Shown here: one piece after another, positions 27,031 to 40,974 of the stretch
Numbering within the stretch: position 1 is the stretch's first letter
Layout of the letters: each line of letters opens with the position of its first letter
Notes under the pieces: generated by a model
Told to the model about the DNA's origin: nothing
What the model saw: only the letters and a program-made list of their open reading frames with translations
Databases searched by the model: none
Assembly (NCBI GenBank): GCA_951406725.2
Contig: OX597823.1
Coordinates: forward strand, 51,584,001 to 51,648,000
DNA length: 64,000 nucleotides
Reading direction: 5' to 3'
Source of the DNA: Octopus vulgaris
Lineage: Eukaryota
Program-made: the position numbers and the translations under genes

Positions 27031-28702
27031 ACGACTGCCGCAGTCCACCTATTCACGTACTTGGCTACACTATCGCGGAAGTATATACATACAAACATTC
27101 ATACATACGCGCGAACTTACACATATACATACATGTGTATATGTATGAGTGCGTATGTTTATGCTCTCTGCCTGGTGACTACCGTTCAATGGACAGTAAA
27201 CTCCTTTCAACCCTAACCCAACAGTGTATACGAAGTAATTTATTTCAATTTCTGGTCAAAACTACTTCATTATTTACACGAAAAACACACATAACTTGCA
27301 TTTCTTCCAACCTAACAAAAAGTCAAGGAAGTGAGTATACTTCACATATGTTTAGGAGAATGTAAATTCTCATTCAAAATTGCTCATAATACATATGCAT
27401 GCCTCTGTTAGAGTGTATAGTGACGAGAATAGTATTAAATCATCTATCAGACGAATAAGGCTATAAATATTTTATGAGGTCATTTATAACAATTTTCTCA
27501 TTTTTCTATTACCTTTAATGTAGTCTGTTTCATTATTTTACATATTAAATCTCAAAATTATCCTTCCAAACTTTGATTCACTATATATTTTTATTATTTC
27601 TATTACAGAGTAATCCATGTGTAACTAACTTTTCTTCCATACAACAGTAGCAATGTTTGGAATGAGAAGAAAAGAAAGAAAAAAATTTTCCAGCAGAGTT
27701 AATGAACGAATGCAATGCCATATTATATGTTCTATATGCACCGATGGATGGTTTTTCATTTGGCCCACATAAAATCACCTCATATTCGTGACTCTCAATA
27801 AAAATATGGATTCTTCATCTGATGGTGCTTTCAATTTAGTATTTACATTAAGTAAATAAGAGTAATTTGTGAGAATAGTTACTTTCTATAGTCTTTTTTC
27901 TTTTGTATATCCACGCAAAAATTCTTTAGACTTCATTAGTTTCTTTTCTGAATTCAATACGTTGACAACTTGTTTGCGCCTTCTAGTCACGTGTCATTCG
28001 ATCTTCTCCGGGGATGGCTTTCATTACAGCCAGCAGCAAACAAATATAGGAAAACAGCATCATATAAAAGTATCAAAAGGAAAGATGTTGAATCAAGAAA
28101 CTGGGAGAATTTTCACTGGCTAAAGAAAATCCATTCAGTTAAGATCATTGTAAAAATCTGAACCATTTAATTGGAAAACTACTGATACGGCGGTATTCCT
28201 GCAGTAATGTGCGCGCGTGTATGCCTGTAGCCGGCTTTTACCAACACTATTTAAGCTCATGGATAAAGAAAATAAGAAACGTAACACAAAAAGTAAAATA
28301 AAATAAAACAATGGAAGAGATGAGGGATTATTTAGCCATAATATCTTGGTTTTATATAAATTTATTTGCAGCAAAGACCTTAGCGTACAAATTTCATTAT
28401 ATGAACAATTCACAGAGGAATGGTTTCATTCCTGCATTCTGAATTCTCAGTTAAAATCAACTTTACCTTTAGTTGTTTAGAGGTCAATAAATTAAGAACC
28501 TGCCGATGGAAGTGGGCTGGCAGAAATTTTGTGCGTAAGGGTAGAATCTTTGCAGTTCTTTACATTCTGTTTTAAAATTCTGTCTAGGTTACCCAACGAA
28601 AAGGAAATAAACTCAAGTTCTCCGACAGGCCAAGTGTGGCAACTAGAATAAATCTTCGAAACAATGCTGGCACCAAATGTGTGTATGTGTGTGTGTGTAT
28701 GT

Positions 28703-28756
<54 letters not shown>

Positions 28757-28795
28757 ATGTATGTGCTAGTTAAGAGTTAGTAATTTGCTCTATAG

Positions 28796-29052
28796 TGGAG
28801 GCGCGTGACTTAGTGGTTAGGGTGTCAGCATCATGATCGTAAGATTGTGGTTTCGATTCCTGGACCGGACGACACGTTGTGTTCTTGAGCAAAACATTTC
28901 ATTTCATGTTGCTCCAGTCCACTCAGCTAGCAAAAATGAGTAACGCTGCGATGGACTGGCATCCCATCCAGCTGGGGAACACATACGCCATTGAAACCGG
29001 GAAACCGGGCCCATGAGCCTGGTTAGGCTTTAAAAGGGCGCATTTATTTTTT
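28796..29052 (+). mobile_element. Full-length tRNA-derived SINE family C with TSD
   Basis: gacttagtggttag A-box, ggtttcgattcc B-box, central gcgatggactggcatcccatccag; TSD taatttgctc at 28781 and 29056. Confidence 0.9.
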
Positions 29053-29129
29053 ACTTAATTTGCTCCATTGCTTCGTAATTTTAGAAACCTATGAGTAGGT
29101 GTGATTTAGGAGTTAATATTTCCCGAATG

Positions 29130-29295
29130 AAGGCTGCGAGCTGGCAGAATTCTTATTTCAAATTCCACCGAGATCCTCTTTGCCTTTCATTCTTTCGGGG
29201 TCGACAAAATAAGTACCAGTTGAACACTGGCATCGATATAATCGACTTGTCCTCTCCTCGGAATTGCTGGCTTTGTGCCAAAATTTGAAACCAAT
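29130..29295 (+). mobile_element. SINE family A variant (internally deleted)
   Basis: gcgagctggcagaa ... ttcaaattccaccgag..tttgcctttcattctttcggggtcgac..aagtaccag. Confidence 0.8.
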
Positions 29296-30427
29296 ATTTC
29301 CCGAATGACGACAAATTATATTATGTCCACATAGCACCACTATCTTATTGATGACTGTAGATCGAAAATATTGTAGGCCTAAACTAGTTGGTTTGCTGTG
29401 ATATGATGAGGTCTACCAAGTCCAAACCTGTGATCTTAAAAGGGCATCTTTTTTGAGTAGTTGGTCAAATCCGATGGCTGAAAGTTTGCGCCAATTGACC
29501 TGAGATTTTTGGGCGTCTAAAAACTATCCAGCAGATGCCTTCTTCGTTTACAAGACGATATCAAAATACTTGATATCCAATTGAGGAATTTCGCCCACAT
29601 CAATATCAATATTCAGTTATTCAAAGTCTGCAGGTTCGTAACCCATTAAAATACGGAATACATATGGTGTTCCTATGATGTAATTTGAGCAGTGTGTTTT
29701 CAATGTAAGCTAACTTCTAATTGAAGCCAGTTCTATATATTACATCGTTATAATAGGTATTTGTCCTATGGAAGATGTTTGCGACTGAAGACAAAGCAGT
29801 TACCTACTTGCTCTAATGAAAGGAAATTTGAAGGATATATGTTCGTGAACAAAATGGGAAAATGTAAATGAATAATCTGAGGGTTTTGCAATAAGTAGTT
29901 CTGTTGTTCCTGTTATAGAATTACTTATTTGATTATATTTTAAATGGATGACTATTAAACACACTTGAATTATTTACCTAATGCACAAATAAATGTAACG
30001 TGAAAAGCTTATTACTTTAAATTTTTGAGTTGCTGTTACCGTCTACTCTTTCACGCAATTTCCGTTAACTCAGTTTTACACACAATTTTCGGGTCGATTT
30101 GTAGGTTTATTAGAAGGCAGGTTCCCAATATGACGCAAAGTGAATCAAACACAGGACTTCATGATTCCGAAGCAAATTTTCAGAAGTATTTGGCCATATC
30201 TACACCTTTCACTGTTACTGTTTTGATACACAGAAGCACATTTAGAAAAACTTGCTGAGTTTGCGGTAACAGAAAAACCCGAGACTAAAGTATATAGTGT
30301 ATATCAAATCAATAGTAAATTAAATTGAAAGCACTAATCTAACAGTTAATCACACACATGTAACCGTTAAGCCCACTTCCCCAAGATTTCGGGCCTTGTT
30401 CCTGTAGTAGAAAGAATTATTATTTTG

Positions 30428-30625
30428 CAGAATTAGTTTGCACATCGGGCAAAATGCTTAACGGCATTTCTTCCGACTGTTTACGTACTGTTTAAATTCC
30501 ACCAAGGTTGACTTTGTTTTTCATCCTTTCGAGATCGATGAATAAGTATCAGTCAAGTATTGAGACCCATGTAATGATTTCCCTTCCTCTGGAATTATTG
30601 GTCTTGTACTAAAATCTGAAATTTA
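30428..30625 (+). mobile_element. SINE family A (diverged)
   Basis: tttaaattccaccaaggttgactttgtttttcatcctttcgagatcgat. Confidence 0.75.
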
Positions 30626-30744
30626 CTATGTTACAAAGCATTACACCTAGCTAAGCCGATAAGTTAATGGCCTGCCTTTCAATGGATAGCTCGTATCGAG
30701 TGACTGTTGTGCGTTAAGAGAGTATATAATTCACTACTATATAC

Positions 30745-30980
30745 TGTGGCATAGAGGTAAGGGTGCTGGACTCGTAAGACTGTAGTTTCGTTTCCTGAAC
30801 CGGGTAACGCGTTGAATTTTTGAGCAAAACACTTCATTTCACGTTGCTCCGGTTCACTCAGCTGGAAAAAAATTGATAAACACGTGACAGAACTGCGTCC
30901 CGTCCAGGTAGGGAATTTGTACGCCGGGAAACCAGCCTTTATGAGTCGGCATGACTCCAGAAAGTAACTTCACCTTTTTT
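30745..30980 (+). mobile_element. SINE family C (diverged)
   Basis: ttgagcaaaacacttcatttcacgttgctccggttcactcagctgg ... tcccgtccagg. Confidence 0.78.
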
Positions 30981-32079
30981 ACCATGTTCTATGCTGCGAC
31001 GAAACTGGAATATAAAATTATTGAACAGTGGCTGAAAACAGTGAACTAAACAATTATTGATATTGAAATAAAGTTTTAACTCAATACTAACATAGACAAG
31101 ACAGCTTCTGTAGCGCAGTATTTTTTATATTTTGCCTTTTACAAGAACATCCTGTAAGTACTGGGAAGCTTGGAAGTTAATCATTCAGAGATACATTCAA
31201 TGGCATAAAGCAGGAGATAACAATAACGACAGTGTCAACAACAAGCTCACCAGGCACAATAACTTGCGTTTTGCTTCCGCAAACTTATTTTTCCTAATAG
31301 CACTTTCGACCTTTGTTATTGCACTACTTCAGCAAAAATATTTTCTATACGTCATAGATTTGTATTCTGACATATTAGCTTTCTGATTTCTGCACATAGC
31401 GTGTCACAATTTCATTTATTCAACAATTATATTTATTTTAAAACCCAACTGACATTTTCATAGGAGTTCACATTTACACTTATTTTTCCAACATTAACCG
31501 TTTGTATATTTATCTATGCATCACACAACAGTTTTCTGCAATCTGTCTATCTGTTTGCGTCTGCTTGCCTCTTTATATATATGTACCTACCTTTTATGTG
31601 TATGTGTGAATAACAGAGGAAGCTGGAGAAAGAGAGAGGGGAAGGGAAGGGACAGACAGACATAGCAGAAGAGAAAAAGTGATTTATGCACTAGAATTAT
31701 TCTGCCACTAACCTGATCCCGTATCCGACAATAAATAACCAAAGGTTGTTTATTGTAGGAAATAGTGAAGAACATTTTCGTACACTTAATTCCTGATTCA
31801 AAATGAAGTCTCACTTTTTCCTATTATTTATATAGAATGGTTTATATCATTCCCATGTCATGTATTTTTCGCATCTCTTACTACTTTTTCTCTTATAGGG
31901 TCGTACTCTTTTTTTTCTGTTTTTATTTTGCTTGCTCAAAAGCAAGCAAAGAACGAAAGTATAAATCTTGGATATAAAGTACAAGGTAAATACTAAAATC
32001 TAGTTAAAGTTCAATAATTTACAGACACACATTTTAACATCTTCATGTCCCATCGGTACCACTTACACTCAATATATTG

Positions 32080-32290
32080 CTTTGAAATTTTGACGACAAG
32101 ACCAGAAATTTCGGGAGGAGAAGGTAAGTTGATTACCTACGTCAGCGCTCAACTGGTAATTATTTCGTCAACCGCAAAAGGGTGAAAGACAAAAATCGAC
32201 TTCGGCGGAATTTGTTCTTAGAACCTTGAAGCGGACGAAATGCTGCTAAGCATTTTGCTGGATGTACTAACGATTCTGCTAACTCGCAGT
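32080..32290 (-). mobile_element. SINE family A (diverged)
   Basis: tcgacttcggcggaattt..gacgaaatgctgctaagcattttg..taacgattctgc. Confidence 0.75.
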
Positions 32291-32305
32291 CGTACTTGTT
32301 GACAA

Positions 32306-32362
32306 TACAGTAATCCCTCGACTATCGTGGGTGTTACGTTCCAAAATCCCCCGTGAAAGGTT
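32306..32362 (+). mobile_element. Tigger/pogo-type terminal fragment
   Basis: TA followed by cagtaatccctcgactatcgtggg, a typical Tigger-like TIR start. Confidence 0.5.
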
Positions 32363-32719
32363 GCATGTGGTGAACATGCTCTCAAGGCATACTACAGGGG
32401 ACCTATCCAAAACAAGGTTTGGATACTACATTGGATACTTCATTTTAAAGTCTCTTATCTAAACTTAAATTTTAAACAAAACCTATATATTTGTCGCACA
32501 GGTGGGGACAGTGGTTCGCTCCCTTTCACGCAATATATCAAACACAGGTTTTGTGTCGTTAACCAGCTGGAAAAGATATTTTCCTGGAATTAAAATGTAG
32601 TAACATAGTTCTTTATTGAACAGCCACACAGAAGCGGCAACAAACATTACTATTTAGTATCGTTACTACTTGAATCTTTTTCAGAGATTTTAAAACCATC
32701 TACTTTAGCTTGTTTTACA

Positions 32720-32895
32720 CACACACACACACATACTCGATTTCTTTCACATTCCGTCTTACAAGTCCACCCAGAAGGCTTTGGTTGGCCCGAGGTTATA
32801 GCAAAAGGTACTTTCCCAATGTGCTACTCAGTGGGACAGAAACCGGAACCTTGTGCTTTCCAAGCAAACTTCTTACCACACATCCACGCCTGTAA
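32720..32895 (-). mobile_element. SINE family B 5' half (diverged)
   Basis: ggctttggttggcccgagg..cagtgggacagaaaccggaacc..caaacttcttaccacac. Confidence 0.75.
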
Positions 32896-32965
32896 CTAAG
32901 ATTGATGATTTATAATAACCATGAAAGACTTTGATTTAAGTTCACTAATGAACTATACCGATGGG

Positions 32966-33010
<45 letters not shown>

Positions 33011-33499
33011 GAAATCTGCGTCTTATAGACGATGTGGGAAAGAAACAACAATGTAAGTACGATAGCTAACTTCAACTGGATTTCAACATTCTTTTTATGT
33101 ATTAGGCTGACAAGTATTATTGATGATAGGAGAAAAATTAACTTCAGCTCCACTAAGCACTTTATAGTGAACAATAAATAACGATTACTCCTTCTCTCCT
33201 AAAACTAAGAGGAAAGTGGACTGTTCTAGTTGCTGGAACACTCTAGAATGAAATATGAATGAGAGAAAGAATACTATACTAGACATAAATAAAATTCTCT
33301 AGAGCATAGTTTAAGTGGAGCAAAAAAGAGGCAGACCAAGAAAATCTCAGTCAACCTGAAGGACTGAAATGGGCTAACGATTGCGGTTTTTCTACAGGTA
33401 AGGGAGAACAAAACTAAGCTATTCGTGGCAGAAATGAGAAAATAAAAGTATGATCATCACATACACACACATAAATACGCATACACACATATAAATATA

Positions 33500-34200
33500 T
33501 ACTGAGCGTTTGGGCTAAATTTGACAGCTTCCATAAAAGGAGAAGAAAACAACATTCCATCCCCCAAAATTTATTTTCATTTTTAGAATAAAAATATCAA
33601 CTAGATTATGGCTGGGAGATAACATTTTCCTCAATGTAGCCGCCCCCAGATTCCACTAAGGCCACAAGACGGCTCCAGCACCCGGCGCATGCGTACTTCA
33701 TGGTGTCCCTGGAAAACTCTAGCCTCGGACAGTCCCTTGATATTGTGAGCCAACTCGGCCTTGGTGTAGCAGGCAGAGTGATTGGTACTGTTCTCAACCG
33801 CTTCCCACACATAGTAACCCATGGGATTACAACCGAGAGAATTGGGAGGCCAGAAAATTAGAACAGGTGAAGTCGTATAAATTCTCCGACAACCACTTTT
33901 TAATCTTTCCAGAGGTATGGCAAAAAGCCGAATCCTACTGCCACATATGTACATGGCCTTCCAGAAGCAACCCTCTCAAAATAAGAATTGACTACAACCT
34001 TTAGTAGTTTCACATAGACGATTGAATTGAGTCTAAGGTGCTGTTAGAAGACGATGGGATGAATTCTGACTTGTGGACGCTGTCAGAATGCCTGCTGGCC
34101 ACGGCTTCGTAGTTTCCGTCGCAACTTCTCATATCATGTCTTACAACCTTTACAGTGTTCGCAGAACATTGGGTAGCAGTAATATATATAAACTTTATGC
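33500..34200 (-). mobile_element. Internally deleted Tc1/mariner-superfamily transposon relic
   Basis: Minus ORF FWPPNSLGCNPMGYYVWEAVE (decayed WPPxSPDxNPxDYxxW) and C-terminal ESGGGYIEE; TA-flanked end at 33500. Confidence 0.8.
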
Positions 34201-34240
34201 ATGTAGGTATGTATATATATATATGTGTGTGTGTGTGTGT

Positions 34241-34272
<32 letters not shown>

Positions 34273-34275
<3 letters not shown>

Positions 34276-34420
34276 GAAGTAAGCACATGTGAAACAAGAC
34301 GGAAAAAAGAGTACTCAAATAACAGAGGTAGAGTAATATGCTTTATTTAAAAGCAGCAGAAATATAACAAAACCTGTTACTCAGAGTTTCACGTTTCCGT
34401 TCGTCGGACAGTTTTCTTAA
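34273..34420 (-). mobile_element. Penelope-like pLTR remnant between (TA)n tracts
   Basis: Homologous to 17094-17222; carries a minimal hammerhead. Confidence 0.75.
34374..34411 (-). ncRNA. Minimal type I hammerhead ribozyme motif (CCGACGA core variant)
   Basis: ctgt-CCGACGA-acg(gaaa)cgt-GAAA-ctc(t)gag-TA-acag; stems I, II and III all pair. Confidence 0.7.
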
Positions 34421-34489
34421 ATATATATATACATACTTACATGCATACACATATATGTATGTATGTATAGATAGATAGATGGGTACACA

Positions 34490-34638
34490 GAATTTTGGAA
34501 GAGGGGCCTTGCAAGTCTTCCTGATAGATGGAAGAGCATTGTAGAAAATGAAGAAGAGTATATTTTGAATTAAAAAAGATCTTTATCTTTATTTTGAAAA
34601 AAAAATTATTAAAAAAGCTGCATTATTTATGGGATGAA

Positions 34639-34644
<6 letters not shown>
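34490..34644 (+). mobile_element. Mariner 3' end with TIR
   Basis: FWKRGLASLPDRWKSIVENEEEYILN* followed by gcattatttatgggatgaaccaata and TA. Confidence 0.8.
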
Positions 34645-34677
<33 letters not shown>

Positions 34678-34698
34678 GTTCGGCCACATACAGTGAGG

Positions 34699-34899
34699 AT
34701 TCTGCACCTTTATTATTAGTCAATTGGTTAAGTATGAAACTAACAAATCGATGGTTTGTTAAATTTGGTTAAAAAGTGAGCTATTTGTTCGTATTATGTC
34801 TTACAAGCAAAAACAAAACAAATGTTTAATCAAACTAAACTAACAACCAATTGGTTAGTTTTATATTAAATCAATTGCTTAATAATGAAGGAGTGGAAT
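34699..34899. repeat. Diverged ~75-bp inverted repeat, probable old MITE
   Basis: attctgcaccttttattattagtcaattggtt..aactaac vs gttagtt..aatcaattgcttaataatgaaggagtggaat. Confidence 0.6.
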
Positions 34900-34911
34900 T
34901 GAATTAGTCTG

Positions 34912-35000
<89 letters not shown>

Positions 35001-36185
35001 ATTAATAATCTAGGCATAATGTCTCTCCCTAGAAACAACAATATATATATATATATATGTAAGTATGTGTGTATGTATACTTATGTATTTTTATGCGTGT
35101 GTGTGCCTCTTATGTGCGGGTGCATTTATGCATATATACATTCATGTGTGTGCCTCAGTGTGTGTGTGTGTGTGTGTGAGTGTGTATGTGTGTATGACTG
35201 TATATCATATACATAACACCTCATATATATGTGTGCATCTATGTTTTTCTGTTTGTCTAGTTTGCATCTTTCTCCTTAAGGAAATAGCCATAGTTCTTTA
35301 TTTTTGTCTCTGTATGCCTGACAAGCAATCGTGCACATTCTCGATCTCTCGCTCTCACTGAAATCCACACACATCACATATATACAAACACTAGCACAGG
35401 GCTGCACATAGTTATTTCTCATTTCTTGATTCTTTTCTTGTCTCTTCTATTGCATATGCTTTTTATTTTATTTTTCATTAGTGGCTTTTGTACGGTGACA
35501 TCTGCAAGTGAAACTATACCTTTCGTTGATATTTTATATGCTTGCTATTCTCTTTAATTTCTGACTTTTCATCGATCGGTTTTCCAAAGAAGTATTTTAA
35601 ACTTGTTATAAGTTACCTTATGATAACCATGAAGTTATGCGTTGACAGGTAAAAATGTTTCCTTATATATTATGGATGGCATTCTTTTGGAAAAGACTGA
35701 CAGCTTAAGTCAGTTTATGAAAAGCGAATAAACGAGAAAAAAAAGAGGTCAATGGCTTTGCACCAAATCGTATTTAAAACAGCGCAAAATGAAACGCATC
35801 TTTTCTTGGCCGACATTCGACTTGCTTTTTCCACTCGGCTCTGAATGTGATTGATTTAAAAAGAGAACAATGCAGACTTCTCTGTCCAATCTTTTAGCTA
35901 GAAGCAATTTTTGCTTGACTGTCCATCTTAGTAAAGTTGGTATCGTTGTCCACGGTGGCAGTCTCACTATGCGGTGACAGCAATTGTTCAAACTGATATG
36001 GTGGCATATACACGTCAAAACAAACTTGCCAATTGATGTCACTTCCTATCAATTAACTAGATTTTGGCCTCATCTTTCGGATGCACACGATTTTTCATCA
36101 TTAAAGTAATACATTCGTACATATAGACAAATATGCTATGATGTAGTGGACTACCGCATATACGTCCGTGTATGTGAATACTTTG

Positions 36186-36245
<60 letters not shown>

Positions 36246-36346
36246 GAGAGAGAGAGAGGCGAGAGAGATGCAACCGCTCTCTCTTTCTCTTTTATACAAA
36301 TAAAAATATGACCGTATGAATATATGCTTTTATATTTGTATCTTCG

Positions 36347-36400
<54 letters not shown>

Positions 36401-36673
36401 CATACATACATACATACATACACTTATTTAAACGCACATAAAGAAACATGTGCCAATACTTACACAGACACACATTTTATGTGTGTATATGTGTGAGTAT
36501 TTGTACACACACTCACACAAATGTACATATACAAATGTACCTACACACACACACATACACTCACATATATACATAAACGCGGAAATATGTACTTATACGT
36601 ATAGAAATATATACTTTGCACACGATTAAAGTTGCATACGCGTACATAATATATCTAGTGAAGACCTGTATGT

Positions 36674-36716
<43 letters not shown>

Positions 36717-38461
36717 CATATTAGTGCACGTGTCTTGCGTATGTATGTATGTATGTATGTACGTATGTAGAAGCATAATAGTGTATTAGTATATGTGTTG
36801 ATACCATCTGTTGCTTTAATTTTGGAAACCATTTGTTTATAAATCCTTCTCTGCAGCATGACATAAAATCATGAATGAAAAGTTTGTCTGACAGATTCAG
36901 CAAACTATTTTATTGACATCTGTATCAAAATATATCTAAAAGCAATACTGGTATTGATGGAAATGAACAGAATCTCAACCGAAAAGCAAATACATTTCTT
37001 CTACTGTGATAATAGAAGTGTAAAGAAATTATTGTATAGTTTTCGGGATGATTGGATGCGCAAAAAGCTTGGAGGATATTTATATGACCAGTTTGGTCAA
37101 AGTATTAAGATAGCAGAAACACAGTTTCGTGTTTTGTTTCTTTCTATCTTTTCTTGTTTTTCTAATACGTATATTTGAAATAAGGTCTGAACGCTAAAAC
37201 TAATTATAATAAAACTACTTTGGGTTTTTCAGACACTCAGCTTTGTCTCACTCTTACTTTACAAATGGAAACCGTCCGGAAATTTCTCCGTAAATAAACA
37301 AAGAATGTTCAGGATCAGTAAATTCTTCAAAAAGCTATCAAACATATTACTCATTTTACATTCTAACGAAGCTAAATTTGCACGAATATGGTATTAATAA
37401 CCAATATTTCCGTATTATATTTTACATCAAAACAAATATGCATTATATTCTTCATCTAAACGCCATAATAACTCTCAAATACATTATAACTACACTAGTA
37501 TCAAAAGGGTTTTCTTTTCTTTTTGGTTTTGTTTTTTTTTTTGTTTTTTGTTTTTTGTTTTTTTTTTTACTTTGCCCACCAAGTCCGTTTTGCGGCATAT
37601 TTTCTCTTGCTCCATGCTCTAATTTTGTTATACACTCTGCGTTTTTTTAATAGTTAACTATATATGATCTAGTTCACTTTACAAACTACAACACTGATTT
37701 ACACATGCGTATCACCGGTGATCCTCACGATACGAAACGAACAATATATTCATTCTGTATTGCAGATCTCACCAGCGAAACTCATCTTAAGAACTGTTAG
37801 AATGTTCATTCTACCGCCATTTCTAGATCTTTTCATTTATTTATGATTTTTTTTTTACCTATGTGTTACATTTGAGATTATAGTATATGACCCTCAAAGG
37901 TTTATTTTTTTTCCCTAAATTATTTTATAGCGAGCAGTGCTCCAGTGATCGAGATGACTGGCTTGCACTCTTTTTGCCATTTCTTATCTCATTTCTTATC
38001 TGGATTCAAATTGAAAAGTCTTTCGAGAAATACGAAATACAAAGAAGCATATGTTCTGTACATTCCCTAAAATGCGAATATTGTAGTTTGAACTACAATA
38101 ATATGAGTCTCCATAAAAACAGCATCACCATCGGGAGTTCACGGTGAATCCCAGGGTATATTAAAATATTACGTAGGGAGTCATCGGCGACTCCCATTGT
38201 AGACAAAGTGTTAAAAAAACACTTTGCTTTAATACTTTGTTATAGCTTGAAGTGTGAAATTCAAAACTGACTTCATTGGTACATTACCAGCCTCAAAATT
38301 ATAGTCATCACCTTGACTTATTCTATAAGACATTAGTAAATCCTCAGTGAGATGTAAGGTATGCTAACCAGCAGTAAATTGATGCCATGATGTTGTGCAA
38401 CGCATTATCATATGTAGCGACATTCTACGCTAGTTATGTCTGTGTATTTTGGAATGAATAA

Positions 38462-38527
<66 letters not shown>

Positions 38528-38533
38528 CACTGG

Positions 38534-38631
<98 letters not shown>

Positions 38632-38718
38632 ATGCTGCTACTGCTGCTGCTGCTGCCACTGATGCTGCTATTGCTACTGCTTCTGCTGCCGCTGCCGCTG
38701 CTGCTGCTGTTGTTGCTG
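38462..38718. repeat. Compound (ACT)n/(GCT)n trinucleotide repeat
   Basis: Direct reading; source of poly-T/poly-A and poly-V ORFs. Confidence 0.95.
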
Positions 38719-38969
38719 TAATATGCTTTTACTTAAAGCTTGATTTAAGCCCAAGATCAACTTTGTTTTTCATCACTCAAGTAACGTGTTCGATTATATT
38801 GATTAGCCTCTCCCTCACAATTGCTGGTTTTCCACTTAAATCAGAATCGTCATCATCATAATCATTATTATTATGTCAATGCAACTGACTAGTCCCCGCC
38901 CCCCAAAAAAAATTGAGGCCTTATGCCTGAAGTAGAGAGGATTATTATTATCATTATTATCATTATTTT

Positions 38970-40300
38970 CTCTTTATCACAAGTTTTGTTGGAGCTCTTA
39001 GAGTCTTGCATGCGTAGCGGCCTTGCTACCTGCAGCCTACGGTACCATGCTGTTCGTTCTTTTCAGCTATCTAATACTTTCTTGATTATTCCGACCGTGT
39101 CAAGGAGGCAAACCAGTTTATCCCAATTTCCTTCATATTCCTCTTCATGCCTTCTGATACTGTTCCCAAGGACCCAACAATAATTAGCACTATCTTCACC
39201 CACTTCATTTTCCATAGCCCGGCTATTTCGTACTTAAGAGGACTGTATCCGTCAAATATATATAATGTAAATAATGTCGGATTATATCTATCTATCTTTT
39301 CACCTTCCTTCTTGACTATTCTCGGTCAAAGGGCCATGCAACGTCAACTATATAGTATTTGATGCACCTTGTCCACCACCACTAGATCCGCTCTGTTATG
39401 ATCTGTTTAGTGTGCTCTGTTTGGATTGGGAAATCCCAGAGGATATTGCTAGTCTCCAACACTGTTACTTTCTGCGGTTTGTGCTCAAACCACGTCTTGC
39501 CTCTCTCTAGCCCTCACTTTTCGCAGTTTCCAGTGTAGTACTTTCGCTACTTGGTCGTGTCGCCACAACGTGTAGTGATTTTGGGCATGTGTAGGGCATT
39601 CGTTCACGATATGGACAATGGTTTTATTCACTCTATTGCAGATGCAGCACAGCAGAGACACTTGCTTATTCCTTAGGCTTACCCTCCAGTTCGCTGACCT
39701 TTCAGTGCGCTGCAAGTATAGTGCTCTCGGTTTCTTTTTTTAGGGTTCCTCTCATCAGCGAATCCCACCTATTTTTTCCAGCAACTTCTGTTGTGGCTAA
39801 ATGGAATTGATTGTGTAGTCCCGTCTTGCGTAATTCTTCTTCATGTCCATTTTTGACTTCTTCAATTATTTTCCATTTTTTCTCTACTCTCAATATACCC
39901 TCGTTTCTAACTGTCACTTTCCTCCATTTGCTCTTCTCATATATAGGCGATCAATGTCTGCACGTGGGTGACGGGCTCCACACATCATTAGGAGCTTTCT
40001 TGACTTCCTATCCATCTCCTTTACCTCATCCTCTTTCCACTTCAGGATTCCAGCACTGTCCAGTCCTGCCTCAGTTTTTGTGAAGAACTTCAGGTGGTAT
40101 ATGAATAGCAAATGGTTTAGTTTTCCCTTACCTCTTCCCAGATTATACCCTAAGGGGATCATTCCCAGCATGATAATCAGTGGGGGCACACTGTCCCCCA
40201 TGGAAGATTCCTCTCTTGATTTTCACCTCTCCTAGTACTTGCTTCCCTGTTGTCAATTCCGTTCACCTGTATTTCATGCTATTCCATATAAGGCTAATTT
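38970..40300 (-). mobile_element. Decayed R4/Dong-type LINE (RT, zinc knuckle, RLE) in (TAA)n
   Basis: Minus RGIFHG/GD (GIFQGD), LNHLLFIYHLKF (decayed YxDD), HPRADIDRLYMRRANGG, TIVHIVNECPTHAQNHYTLWRHDQVAKVLHWKL, LWDFPIQT; ATT repeats on both sides. Confidence 0.88.
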
Positions 40301-40302
40301 TA

Positions 40303-40348
<46 letters not shown>

Positions 40349-40374
40349 TACTATTACTATTATTATTATTGTTA

Positions 40375-40438
<64 letters not shown>
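40301..40438. repeat. (ATT)n microsatellite
   Basis: Direct reading. Confidence 0.97.
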
Positions 40439-40849
40439 CTGATGACGAAATTCTTAGCTCATAGAATGCTTACTCAATATGAGGATCCACATCCTTGGCT
40501 ATTCTAGAAGCAGTTGTAAGAGACTATGTTTGCTTATATTCTCTACCTAAAATATATGTCTTTTTAAAGTGATGTCAAAAGTTTGGCTTTTTCATTTTTA
40601 TGTTAATCTACACACGCGCGTGCACCCACACACGCACACACACATAGATATATATATGCACACATAGGCGTGAAAAACTGGAGAAAATAGCACTCGAAGT
40701 GTATTTTATTGAAATGAAAACTTTTCCAACACTTTTGTAAAAGGTTCACGTTCATGAAACAGTAAGTTCACTTATGTTTAACGAATGGTTACGTCACACT
40801 CTACTCTGAGTTAGAGTGTGAAGTTTTTGAGCTTCAATAAAACACTATA

Positions 40850-40965
<116 letters not shown>

Positions 40966-40974
40966 TACATATAT

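Noticed and set aside
28796-28870. tRNA gene
   Set aside because: The tRNA-like head continues into a SINE body with a TSD; no proper cloverleaf
35890-36050. Minus open stretch GSDINWQVCFDVYMPPYQFEQLLSPHSE...
   Set aside because: Weak acceptor, short, no recognisable family
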